Source: Candidatus Hydrogenedentota bacterium
GTDB lineage: Bacteria; Hydrogenedentota; Hydrogenedentia; Hydrogenedentales; SLHB01
NCBI GenBank assembly: GCA_963674865.2
Contig: CAXXYE010000008.1
Location: 64,001 to 128,000, forward strand
Direction: 5' to 3'
DNA length: 64,000 nt
A program made the translations under genes and the position numbers. A model generated the notes under the pieces. It did not search any database. It was given only the letters and a program-made list of their open reading frames with translations, and had not been told where the DNA came from. Positions 19,669 to 29,124 of the stretch are shown here, piece after piece; the first letter of the stretch is position 1; each line of letters opens with the position of its first letter.

Positions 19669-21168
19669 CTACGCGTGGCAGAGCTTGGGGGGGAGCCAGT
19701 CATCGGCCGCGCTCGTGTGGCGCAGCAGAGCCGCCAGAAGATTGGCCTTTACATCACGGCAGGCAGGGTCATCCCAGCGATTCTGCAATTCACCGGGATC
19801 GCGCTGCAGATCGTAAAGCAGGCCGTAGTCGCTGTTGGCATAGTACGTAAGAGCCCAATCCGCCGTCCGGATCTGGCGGAGTCGGTCTTTGATATACGTC
19901 TCGTCATACTCGATATACACGGCGTCCCGGTGGCTCACTGCGTCGCCGGCCAGGAGGCCTCTGTACGAGCGGCCCTGCACGCCCTCGGGAGCTTGGACGC
20001 CGGCGAGATCGAGTACGGTGGGACAGAAGTCCACAGCCGACACCAGTGCCGAGGATGCACGCCCAGTCTTAGCCGCACCGGGCAGACGCCAGATCGTAGG
20101 TACACGCACGAGGCCGCGAAACAGGAATGGCCCTTTGTTGATTAGGTGATGATCTCCCATCAGGTCGGCGTGATCGCTCAGAAACACAATAGCCGTTCGC
20201 TCAAGGTCGCCTGTCTCTTCAAGGACCTTGAGCACCCGCCCGATGTTGTGGTCCACCATGGAGATCATCCCATACGTGTGAGCGAGGATTTCGCGGTATT
20301 GGCTCTCCGTAATGTTGTCCGTGCCGCCCTCGAGTCCGCCGACGCGTATTTTCCCCTCGTAGCAGTCGCGGAAATACGGCGGCAAACGGTCCCATTCGCC
20401 ATCGCGGCGCGCCGGGGCGAAGCGCAGCGCTTCAGGATCGTAGTGATCGCAATACGGCCGCGGAGGTGAATAGGGATGATGGGGGTCGGGAAAGGAACAC
20501 CATGCGAAAAAGGGGCGAGTGCGTTCGCGGGCGTACAAAAACTCGATGGCCCGATCCGCAATGGCCGTATTGTAATGGAACTCCTCGGGGATGGCGGCCT
20601 TCCATGACTCGCGCGTACCTGTCGGGGGGCTCAACGCGTGATTTCGGCTTAGTCTCGCGTGCATGCCCGGGTGATCGCGGTCGAGGTCGCGTTGGTAGTG
20701 GCCTGAGCAGTACGGCCCATGTCCGAGAGTCAGGTACAGATGCTCAAAGCCGTAGTAAGGCGCGGGGGGCTCATTGCCCTCGGCCCACCATTTGCGGCTC
20801 TCGAACAACTCATGCTCATTCGTGGCCCGCGTCTCGTTCATTCCATAGGGCGCGAGATGAATCTTCCCAAACGAGGCCGTCACATAGCCCGCGCGGCGGA
20901 GGATGTCCGGCAGGACCTCTTCCGTCGGCGCGAGGGTGTTGCCGTTCTCGCGGACGCCATGGGCCTTCGGATACCTGCCCGTGAAGAGCGACGCCCGGTT
21001 AGGCATGCACACCGGATTGGCGACGAAGGATTCCTCAAATCGAATGCCTTCACGCGCCAGCCGATCGAGATGCGGCGTTTGAATATCCGAATTGCCGTAG
21101 GCCGCGACGTGATCCGCGCGCATCTGATCGGTAACAAAGCAAAGGATATTCAGCTTGTCTGCTGCCAT
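19669..21168 (-). CDS. Formylglycine-dependent sulfatase
   Basis: TDQMR, CMPNRASLFTG (CxPxR), GKIH, DPHHP, SDH...K; no signal peptide. Confidence 0.93.
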   Translation of the reverse strand: MAADKLNILCFVTDQMRADHVAAYGNSDIQTPHLDRLAREGIRFEESFVANPVCMPNRASLFTGRYPKAHGVRENGNTLAPTEEVLPDILRRAGYVTASFGKIHLAPYGMNETRATNEHELFESRKWWAEGNEPPAPYYGFEHLYLTLGHGPYCSGHYQRDLDRDHPGMHARLSRNHALSPPTGTRESWKAAIPEEFHYNTAIADRAIEFLYARERTRPFFAWCSFPDPHHPYSPPRPYCDHYDPEALRFAPARRDGEWDRLPPYFRDCYEGKIRVGGLEGGTDNITESQYREILAHTYGMISMVDHNIGRVLKVLEETGDLERTAIVFLSDHADLMGDHHLINKGPFLFRGLVRVPTIWRLPGAAKTGRASSALVSAVDFCPTVLDLAGVQAPEGVQGRSYRGLLAGDAVSHRDAVYIEYDETYIKDRLRQIRTADWALTYYANSDYGLLYDLQRDPGELQNRWDDPACRDVKANLLAALLRHTSAADDWLPPKLCHA

Positions 21169-21209
21169 CTTGTGCCTGAATTGTGCTGGTTCTCAGCGTG
21201 CTGTCATCG

Positions 21210-22190
21210 TCAAGTTGACAGGATGTGCGCCACCCGTAGAAAGGACGGGTCGAAGCGCGTCCGGCATTCCCAGGCCTCCGACAGCGGCCGAAGCACGACC
21301 GCATTGGAGCTGATACCTGCCATCTTGCCTGTTTCACCTTCGAGGAGGGCCTCAACCGCCCGCAGTGCAAGCCGGCTGGCCAGAATGCGATCAAAAGCCG
21401 TCGGACTGCCGCCGCGTTGCAGATGGCCGATAACGACCACGCGCGAGTCCTTGAACTCAGGGACGTCAGTCAGATCGCCAACTTTCTTAGCAACTTCGAT
21501 GGCACTCCCCGCGTCGTCCCCTTCCGCCACGACGACGATGCTCGATGTCTTGCCCTTGGCGCGTGCCTTCGCCAAGTCGTCCGCGAGCTTCGGCACGTCG
21601 GTTGGCTCCTCAGGCACCAAGATGACCTCGGCCCCGCCGGCGATGCCGCTCATCATGGCCAGGTAGCCGCTATGCCGCCCCATCACCTCGATGAAAAAGA
21701 GGCGGTCGTGCGACTGTGCGGTATCGCGGATACGATCAATCGCATCGAGGGCGGTATTGAGGGCGGTATCGTAGCCGATGGTAAAGTTCGTTCCGCCGAT
21801 GTCGTTATCGATGGTTCCGGGCACGCCGATACACTTGATTCCGTGCTCCTCGTGCAGCGCAAGGGCGCCACGGTACGAGCCGTCACCGCCAATAACCACG
21901 AGGCCCTCGATGCCCAATTCGGCGAGATGCTTGGCGCCTTGCACGCGTCCCTCCGGCTCGTACCATGCCTTGCATCGGGCACTCCGGAGGATCGTCCCGC
22001 CGCGGTTGATGATGCCGCTCACCGACCGCGCTCCCATGGGCTGGATCACACCTTCAATGAGGCCCTGATAGCCGCGCTCGATTCCGAATACTTCGAGTCC
22101 GTGATAGATCGCGGTGCGCACAACCGCCCTGATGGCCGCGTTCATGCCTGGGGAATCGCCGCCGCTTGTCAGCACGCCAATCTTCTTCAT
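21210..22190 (-). CDS. pfkA: ATP-dependent 6-phosphofructokinase
   Basis: TSGGDSPGMN, GGDGS, GTIDND, EVMGR, GHLQRGG. Confidence 0.96.
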   Translation of the reverse strand: MKKIGVLTSGGDSPGMNAAIRAVVRTAIYHGLEVFGIERGYQGLIEGVIQPMGARSVSGIINRGGTILRSARCKAWYEPEGRVQGAKHLAELGIEGLVVIGGDGSYRGALALHEEHGIKCIGVPGTIDNDIGGTNFTIGYDTALNTALDAIDRIRDTAQSHDRLFFIEVMGRHSGYLAMMSGIAGGAEVILVPEEPTDVPKLADDLAKARAKGKTSSIVVVAEGDDAGSAIEVAKKVGDLTDVPEFKDSRVVVIGHLQRGGSPTAFDRILASRLALRAVEALLEGETGKMAGISSNAVVLRPLSEAWECRTRFDPSFLRVAHILST

Positions 22191-22385
22191 AGCCGTCCAC
22201 CCCTCCGAGTATCAGATCCTCTTCCGAACACTGCTTTTAGGCCAGCGGGCCGCTCCTGCTCTCGGCAATGTACTTGCTCGCGGAAGCGAACGCGCAGAAA
22301 TACGCTCCTCCCGGCCGAGTGCCTTAAGGATAATACATTTCGACATCTGCGGGAACCTTTGGCCAAATCCCCGGCGATGCAAGGA

Positions 22386-24257
22386 CTACTCTTTGTTCTC
22401 CGCTTCCGGTTCCGGTATGGCCGCTCCAGGCGGCTCGGGCTCGGACAGCGGCTTGGCCTCGGCCGCATACTCGAGGGCGCGCGCCCGCCACTCGGCCAAG
22501 GCGGCAACGGCGGCCGCCTCGATGGCGCGCCCCGACGTGTCTAGCCGCTGTGCCTCAGCAATGAGCCGGCTCACCTCCGCCATGAGCCAGTCGCCTCGTT
22601 CCCGCGCGCCGGAGGCGGCCCCAGAACCTGTCAGATAAGCGGCTCGGTATTCAGCCGACTTCTGCAAGGTGTCGTTAAGCGGCGCGTGGAATGGCTCGCC
22701 GCGCTCTTGCTCGAGTACGCAGAGGTCCCGTGACAAGCGGGCCATGCAAGCTAGGACAGGCGCCGCAACGGCTCGCGGAATCGTGCCGCTGTGCCACTCC
22801 TGCTCCACTTCGGGGAACATCCGAAGGAGGGCGAAGAAATGGCGCCGTTCAGGGGGGGCGGCGTCATCGCCCGAGAGATTATGGACGAAGGACGCCAGTT
22901 CCGGCGGGATTTGCTCCAGGAGACGCTTCTCATCCAGTAGCGCGTGGGCCTCTCTCCGCATTTCACCGAGAGCGGCCTGCTCAAGGATGGCGCCGCCGCG
23001 GCCGGAAAGGCAAACGGGCGTGCCTGTCAGGTGCAGCGTGAGCGCCCCGTGTTCCAAGACGGGGGCTGCGAGGCGGTTGTTAAGCGCGTCGGTTAGCACG
23101 AGGTCAGTAGCGCCGGCGGCCGGGAGCGCGGCGTCGACAGGCTCACCGGTTGTCCACGCCACGGCAAGCCATTCATCTTGCGCACAGAACGCATGAAGAC
23201 GCGTCTCCGAATCCGCGCCAATCCGGCCGACATACCGCGCGTCTTGCAGACGGTGGGTAAGTCCGCTCACGAGGGCATAAGCGTCGCCAAAGGCCTCGTT
23301 TGAGAATAACAGCGTCCCATCCACCACCGTGTGCACGGCCCCTGCCGCCCGGTTCTCGATGAGGTGGCCTACGACTGCCCCTCCGACTTGGCCTTCTTCC
23401 GGGAGGGCGTTGGCATCCAAGATAATAGGCAAGTTCTCATAGCCCGCCTGCTCAACGGCTTCGCGTACGGCCGCGATATCGGCCGGCGAAAGGTCCCCTC
23501 GGCATACGAGGCGATCCGCGAAGCGGCCCGCGCCCCGCGCCAGAAATGCGCTCGCGGCATCCGGGCCGTCCACGCAGAGTCCCACGGGCGCCCTGCTGCC
23601 GCCGCGCCGAAGCGCGCCGGAAATATCTCCCAGGGAAGGCGCCTCGCCGCCCAGGTCAATCTCCCACAGGAAGACCTGGTTGCCGATGTCCCGCGCGAGG
23701 GCCTCGGCCCCCGCGGCGGCATCGCTCCCCGGGGCCGCATAGAACAGGGCGGCGGTTCTTATACCGGCCGTGGCCAAGTCCGCGACGGTTCTGCGAAAGC
23801 CGGGCCGCGAAGCATCGAGCTGGGCGTAGCCCACCGGGATGTTGGCCAGCGCAATCAGATCCGCCTTGTCTGCCGTGCCGATCTTGACGGACACGTCGAG
23901 AGGCTTCAAACCGAGGGGCCGGTCGATGCGCACAAATGAGGCGTCATGGGAGGTCGTTTCTCCGCGGGCTTCCACTTGGAAGTGAGCGGTGTAGCGCCCG
24001 CACGCCTCCGCGAGGTCCTCAATGGCGTGCCAGTAGACTCCGCCTGGACGTAAGGTAAATCGCCCAAGGTCGGCGCGAATGACGTCGCCAAACTCGTGCC
24101 GGATATCGGCCTTGACGGCAATGGTGACTTGCTCCGGCGAGGCGAACTCGATCACAAGCGGCTCGCCGCTGTACACCATCGGGATAGGTTGGTCGGGCGC
24201 GAGGTGCAACTCGACTTGGGCTGCGGCAAGTCCTATCAGGAGAATCAGGGCGTGCAT
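22386..24257 (-). CDS. Secreted hypothetical protein (623 aa)
   Basis: Short N-terminal signal; beta-rich N-terminus, alpha/beta middle, helical C-terminus; overlaps the upstream MBL gene by 13 nt. Confidence 0.75.
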   Translation of the reverse strand: MHALILLIGLAAAQVELHLAPDQPIPMVYSGEPLVIEFASPEQVTIAVKADIRHEFGDVIRADLGRFTLRPGGVYWHAIEDLAEACGRYTAHFQVEARGETTSHDASFVRIDRPLGLKPLDVSVKIGTADKADLIALANIPVGYAQLDASRPGFRRTVADLATAGIRTAALFYAAPGSDAAAGAEALARDIGNQVFLWEIDLGGEAPSLGDISGALRRGGSRAPVGLCVDGPDAASAFLARGAGRFADRLVCRGDLSPADIAAVREAVEQAGYENLPIILDANALPEEGQVGGAVVGHLIENRAAGAVHTVVDGTLLFSNEAFGDAYALVSGLTHRLQDARYVGRIGADSETRLHAFCAQDEWLAVAWTTGEPVDAALPAAGATDLVLTDALNNRLAAPVLEHGALTLHLTGTPVCLSGRGGAILEQAALGEMRREAHALLDEKRLLEQIPPELASFVHNLSGDDAAPPERRHFFALLRMFPEVEQEWHSGTIPRAVAAPVLACMARLSRDLCVLEQERGEPFHAPLNDTLQKSAEYRAAYLTGSGAASGARERGDWLMAEVSRLIAEAQRLDTSGRAIEAAAVAALAEWRARALEYAAEAKPLSEPEPPGAAIPEPEAENKE

Positions 24258-24868
24258 AAGCCCACCAAGTAGGGATTGGACTCCCGCTCCTCCCCGATGG
24301 TTGTGACGGGGCCGTGGCCGCTGTACACCGCAGTATCATCTGGGAGTGTAAGGAGTTCCGTTGCGATGGAACGCAGCAGTTGGTTGTGGTCGCCGCCCGG
24401 CAAGTCGGTTCGGCCGATAGAGCCCGCGAAGAGCACGTCTCCCACGAAGACAAGGCCATCGCCTACGAGGGCGATGTGGCCTGGGGAATGGCCCGGTACA
24501 TGACGGATATCGAGTGTCGTACCGCCCACGGTGACGGCATCTCCTGCGGCAAGGAACCGGGAGGGCTCCGGAGAGGGCGGGAACGGAACGCCGAACATGG
24601 CCCCTTGGGCCTCAATGGCCCGGAGTAGCTCGAGATCATCCCGATGGCAGGCCAGGTCGGCCCCCGTAGCCTCGATCATGGCGCCGTTCCCGCCGCAATG
24701 ATCGCAATGGCCGTGCGTGTTGACGATCATCCGCACGCGGCAGTCCCGGACTTCCCGAAGGAGTTCGGGCGGCGCGGCGCCCGGATCGATCACGATGGCC
24801 TCCCCATGATCCCGGATGACGAAACAGTTGGCCATGAAAGGGGTTAGCTGACAAGTCAGGATGTCCAC
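24245..24868 (-). CDS. MBL-fold metallo-hydrolase (glyoxalase II-like)
   Basis: IDPG, THGHCDH (HxHxDH), PGHSPG, GDVLFAGSIGRTDLPGG, SGHG. Confidence 0.92.
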   Translation of the reverse strand: MDILTCQLTPFMANCFVIRDHGEAIVIDPGAAPPELLREVRDCRVRMIVNTHGHCDHCGGNGAMIEATGADLACHRDDLELLRAIEAQGAMFGVPFPPSPEPSRFLAAGDAVTVGGTTLDIRHVPGHSPGHIALVGDGLVFVGDVLFAGSIGRTDLPGGDHNQLLRSIATELLTLPDDTAVYSGHGPVTTIGEERESNPYLVGLCTP

Positions 24869-24965
24869 AATGCGCCTCCGAAGTGGCCATGATGCTACCC
24901 GCGCACCGTGGAGGAGTCAAGCCGACTCGTGTAAAATGGCCTGGACACAGCGAAAGGAGCATCGA

Positions 24966-27254
24966 ATGAGCCTTCTGTTCTCAGTCGGCTACTGCATAGT
25001 ATCGGTTTTTGGGATGAGCCTGGATGAATCTCCCGCGGATGTAAAGGAGTGGGACTACCGGCCCGCGGACGGGGCCGTCGCCGAGCGGACGCCGCCGGCG
25101 TTCTCGTGGCGGCCGTGCGAAGGGGCGGAGAGCTATGTGCTCCAGATCGGCAAGGGACATGGCTTCAAGAAGCTCGTGTACGAGAAGAGCGATATCCCGT
25201 GGCCGGCCCACTGCCCGCCCGTTGTTCTCGAGCCGGGCGCCTATGTCTGGCGATATGCGGCCGTCGACGCTGCCGGGCAGAGCTCCCCCTGGAGCCATGT
25301 CCGCCGGTTTCAAATCCCCGCGGATGCCGCCGCGCTTCCGCAGCCTGAGGTGGCGGATCTGCTTCAAAGAATGCCTGAGTCGCACCCTCGCCTCTTCTTC
25401 CGGCCGGAGGACATCCCGTGTCTGAAGGAGCTTGCGCACGGCGCCCTTCACGAGCGTTGGGAGACTCTCCTCGCTAAGGCCGATGGATTGATTGACGAGC
25501 CGCCGGACACGACCGAGCCGCCCAAATACCCCGAGGGTATGGTGCGCAAGAGCGGCGAGTGGCGGGAGATCTGGTGGGGCAATCGCAGGCGGATGATCGC
25601 CGTCGTGGATGCGGCGGCGACCTTGGCCTTCGTGTATCGAATCACGGACGAGGTGGAGTACGGCGACGCCGCGCGCGACCTCCTGCTCGCCTTCGCGGCG
25701 TGGGATCCAAACGGTGCGACGAACTACCAGTACAATGATGAAGCCGCGATGCCGGCCTTATACATGGCCTCGCGGGCGTACTCGTGGGCCTATCCTGTGT
25801 TCAGCGATGAAGATCGGGCGGTGCTCGTCGAAGTGATGCGCGAGCGTGGCCGCCAGGCATTCGAGCACCTCCACGGACACCACCACCTCTGGCGGCCCTA
25901 CTCCAGCCACTCAAACCGCGCCTGGCACTTCCTGGGCGAATTGGCCATTGCTTTCCACGGAGAGATCCCCGAGGCCGGTGAGTGGCTCGACTACGCCATG
26001 ACTGTCTTCTACACGGCCTATCCCGTCTGGGGAGACGCGGACGGCGGCTGGCACGAGGGCACCGGATATTGGAGCAGCTACATCGGGCGGTTCATGTATT
26101 GGGCCTACGTCGCCAGGGCCGCCTTTGGCATCGATGTCTTCGAACGCTCGTTCTTCCGGCGGACGGGATACTACGGGATGTACGTGCTGCCGCCCGGCTC
26201 CGAGACGGGCGGATTCGGCGATCAAGCCGCGCGTGTCACTTCGGCGCGGATTGCGCCGCTCATGGCGACGCTTGCCGCGAACGCCCGGAATCCGCATTGG
26301 CAATGGTATGCGGAGGCCAACGGCGCCGAACTGCCCGGCGGCTACATCGGCTTCCTTTACGCGGCCCGCGCAAGCGGCCTCGAAGCCGAACCTCCCGCCG
26401 CACTTCCCTCGTCGGCCTGCTTCCAAGGCAATGGCCTCGCCGTCATGAACACCAACCTGCTCGACGGCAAGGAGAATGTACAGGTGCTCATGAAGAGCAG
26501 CCCCTTCGGCCGGCAGAGCCACGGCTTCAACGCGAACAATGCCTTCGTACTCAACATCGGCGGACAGCGCGCGCTGTGTTCGTCAGGACGGCGGGATATC
26601 CACGGCAGCCCGCATCATACCGAGTGGATGTGGCATAGCCGCTCGGACAACGCCATCCTCGTGAACGGCCAAGGGCAGATCAAGCACAGTGCCGCGGCCA
26701 CGGGGGAGATCAGGTTGTTCGATACCTCGCCCACTGTCGATGTGGCCGTCGGCGAGGCGGCGGCGTCCTACGAGAACCTTGAGCGCTGGACGCGCCGCAT
26801 CGTGTTCCTCAAGCCGCACGTCGTCTTGATTCACGATCTGCTCGATGCTCCCGAGCCCGCAACCTTCCAATGGACGCTTCACGCCCCCGGACGGTTTGAA
26901 CTTGGCGAGAATGCAGCCTCCTGGACGGGCGACGCGGGCCGGGTGAGCGTCCGCTTCCTTGAGCCCGGCGAGTTGGTGCTAACCCAGAACGACGTCTATG
27001 AGCCGCCCCCTGCCACATGGACTGGCTGGGACCTCGGCGAGTGGCACCTCGCGGCCGACGCCCAGGCGTGCGCGCCGCATCGGGAGTTCATTACTCTCAT
27101 CGAGGTCGATCAGGAGCAGGTGGAGGCCGATGTCGAGCGCACGATGATGGGACGGGCCAAGGTAACGATGGCATTACCTGAAGGCGAAGCAGAAGTCGTT
27201 CTCGGCAAAGAGGGATTCAAGGTGAGGTACGGGGAGTTTCGCAAGAAGTACTGA
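24966..27254 (+). CDS. DUF4962 plus heparinase II/III-like polysaccharide lyase
   Basis: PPAFSW, HPRLF, GGWHEG..YW, FGD, SHG...N.F, S.N.ILVNG, WTRRIVF and W.LH motifs; AAGGAG RBS. Confidence 0.82.
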   Translation: MSLLFSVGYCIVSVFGMSLDESPADVKEWDYRPADGAVAERTPPAFSWRPCEGAESYVLQIGKGHGFKKLVYEKSDIPWPAHCPPVVLEPGAYVWRYAAVDAAGQSSPWSHVRRFQIPADAAALPQPEVADLLQRMPESHPRLFFRPEDIPCLKELAHGALHERWETLLAKADGLIDEPPDTTEPPKYPEGMVRKSGEWREIWWGNRRRMIAVVDAAATLAFVYRITDEVEYGDAARDLLLAFAAWDPNGATNYQYNDEAAMPALYMASRAYSWAYPVFSDEDRAVLVEVMRERGRQAFEHLHGHHHLWRPYSSHSNRAWHFLGELAIAFHGEIPEAGEWLDYAMTVFYTAYPVWGDADGGWHEGTGYWSSYIGRFMYWAYVARAAFGIDVFERSFFRRTGYYGMYVLPPGSETGGFGDQAARVTSARIAPLMATLAANARNPHWQWYAEANGAELPGGYIGFLYAARASGLEAEPPAALPSSACFQGNGLAVMNTNLLDGKENVQVLMKSSPFGRQSHGFNANNAFVLNIGGQRALCSSGRRDIHGSPHHTEWMWHSRSDNAILVNGQGQIKHSAAATGEIRLFDTSPTVDVAVGEAAASYENLERWTRRIVFLKPHVVLIHDLLDAPEPATFQWTLHAPGRFELGENAASWTGDAGRVSVRFLEPGELVLTQNDVYEPPPATWTGWDLGEWHLAADAQACAPHREFITLIEVDQEQVEADVERTMMGRAKVTMALPEGEAEVVLGKEGFKVRYGEFRKKY

Positions 27255-27276
27255 GCCAAAAGGTATCGACGCCGCG

Positions 27277-28014
27277 CTATCGGCCTTCAACGGACAGCAT
27301 GCCGCGCTTCTTCATCGTCCTCAGCGTCAGATACACGCAGAGGCCCACGGTGAAAATGCACACCCACATGGGATCGAGTTCGAACCTGCCCAGCACGAAG
27401 AGGTCGCCCACCACCTCCAGGAAAGTGAACGTCGCGATGATGCCGAAGAAGCCGGAGTACTCGCGCTTGAGGACGGTTCTGACGGAGAAGGCCATGGAAG
27501 ATGGTTGCCAGTTGGCGAACCGCGGGAAGAAGACGGGGGTCTTTTCCGCCCATCGAAGGTACTCCTCGCCGAACTTCCCGCGAAGATAGGCTTCTTCCGC
27601 GAGGATGATGCGTTCGTAATAGAGCCAGAACGCCAGCATGTAGATGAGTGTCACCCACCACGTCCGCACAAACAGGGAGATGCCCAGTCCGATAACGAAA
27701 TTCCCGAGGTACAGCGGATTGCGCATGAGGGAGTAAATGCCCGTCGTGTTGAGTTCGTCCGCGATCTGCTCCTCGGTATTGCGGCCGGAGGTTCGTCCCG
27801 GCACGCGGCCCACGGTAAGTACGCGAACCGTCAAACCTAGGAACGCGATGGTGAGGCAGACGATCTCCCACAGATCATCGAGTAGTTCGCTTCCCGCGGG
27901 AAACGTGAATTCCCGCATGGCGAGGAGCACGACTCCCAGCATGGCCAGCGGCAGATAGCTCCGCCAGCGGAATAGCCAATTGCCTCTTCGCGCAAGTTCT
28001 TCTGCTAAGGGCAT
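27277..28014 (-). CDS. ICMT/PEMT-family membrane methyltransferase, LmtA-like (lipid A 1-phosphate O-methyltransferase)
   Basis: GNWLFRWRSYLP N-terminus, TSGRNT, LNTTGIYSLMRNPLYLGN, YYERII.AEE.YL..KFG, VLKREY. Confidence 0.78.
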   Translation of the reverse strand: MPLAEELARRGNWLFRWRSYLPLAMLGVVLLAMREFTFPAGSELLDDLWEIVCLTIAFLGLTVRVLTVGRVPGRTSGRNTEEQIADELNTTGIYSLMRNPLYLGNFVIGLGISLFVRTWWVTLIYMLAFWLYYERIILAEEAYLRGKFGEEYLRWAEKTPVFFPRFANWQPSSMAFSVRTVLKREYSGFFGIIATFTFLEVVGDLFVLGRFELDPMWVCIFTVGLCVYLTLRTMKKRGMLSVEGR

Positions 28015-28280
28015 GTGAGCCTTCCTGATGCAGCGTATGTCCCGGCACGAGGCCGCCCACCGATTCCTGTGCGGCCCGTTGTCCTGCGGGTGTTTCTATG
28101 TCCGGCGCCAAAGAGTGCCTTCGATGTCAAGCCGCCCGCTTAGTCAGTGGGATTATACATTACGTGCCCCCGTCTCGGCATAGCCCCGCCGGGAGGATAG
28201 GCCGCGCGGAACAGGGAAGAGTCTCCGGAAGGTGCTGGTACAAGTGGCCTACATAGCGGCATAGCACATGTCTCGGTGTC

Positions 28281-28309
28281 TTGCATGGCGGAAAGGCCTG
28301 CGCCATAAT
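28281..28309 (+). promoter_or_regulatory. Putative sigma70 promoter
   Basis: TTGCAT, 17-nt spacer, CATAAT, upstream of 28342. Confidence 0.5.
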
Positions 28310-28341
28310 GCCGTTGTCCGGCAGCCCGAGGGGGGAAGATT

Positions 28342-29031
28342 GTGAAAGTACACTGGATCAAGCTTGTGGCTTCAGCGATCCTCATCGCCTCTGTCAGTGC
28401 CGCCGCGAGCCATCTTGTCACTCGGCGCGTCCTTGGGGTAGGGGCGGCCTCGTCGAGTGGGGGATGGACGGATCTGGCGGATAGGTCAGATTCAGAGGGA
28501 CGAAGGTTCGCTGAAGAGACGTTCATTGATGAAAACAAGGACGGAAATTGCGAAGTGGCCATGCTGAGGGCATGGGCGCAGAAGCTGGGGTTCGACAGTC
28601 ACGTGGCCTGTTGTTGCTTCCTTTATGATCTGAACGACGACCGGACTCCCGATGGTTTGTTCTTCAGCACAAGGGGCTGGACAGGCGAACACAAGGACGC
28701 TATGTTTCTCCTACAGGACCGCGATGAAGATGGAAATCCGGACACGTGGTCCGTGAGACTCCGAGACAGCCACGGCTCTGACGCGTGGCGATACGATGAT
28801 CTCAATATGGATGGGCAATGGGAGCTGAAGTACGAATACGAATCTGACCAAATGCACCTGTTTTTTGAGGGACGGTGGTTCGACACGGCCAAGGTGGGCG
28901 AGAACTGGCTGAAAAGTGCCACTATCCTGCTGGATGGGCAAGAGGTGGAGTTGGCCTTCAAAGACGGGGCCTGGACGCCTGTTTCAGAAGAGAAGCCAGG
29001 CTCAGGCGGTGAACGGGGGGCACCCGAGTAG
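28342..29031 (+). CDS. Exported hypothetical protein with repeated Dx[DN]xDG-like loops
   Basis: N-terminal signal/TM; DENKDG, DLNDDR, DRDEDG and DLNMDG motifs. Confidence 0.7.
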   Translation: MKVHWIKLVASAILIASVSAAASHLVTRRVLGVGAASSSGGWTDLADRSDSEGRRFAEETFIDENKDGNCEVAMLRAWAQKLGFDSHVACCCFLYDLNDDRTPDGLFFSTRGWTGEHKDAMFLLQDRDEDGNPDTWSVRLRDSHGSDAWRYDDLNMDGQWELKYEYESDQMHLFFEGRWFDTAKVGENWLKSATILLDGQEVELAFKDGAWTPVSEEKPGSGGERGAPE

Positions 29032-29124
29032 CGCGGCAGGGCAAGCGCTCAATGTCCTGCCCGCGCCGCACAGGCGCTGCCGTGCTTGGCTGAGTAGACA
29101 CAATTCCGCCGCCTGGAGGCCTGG

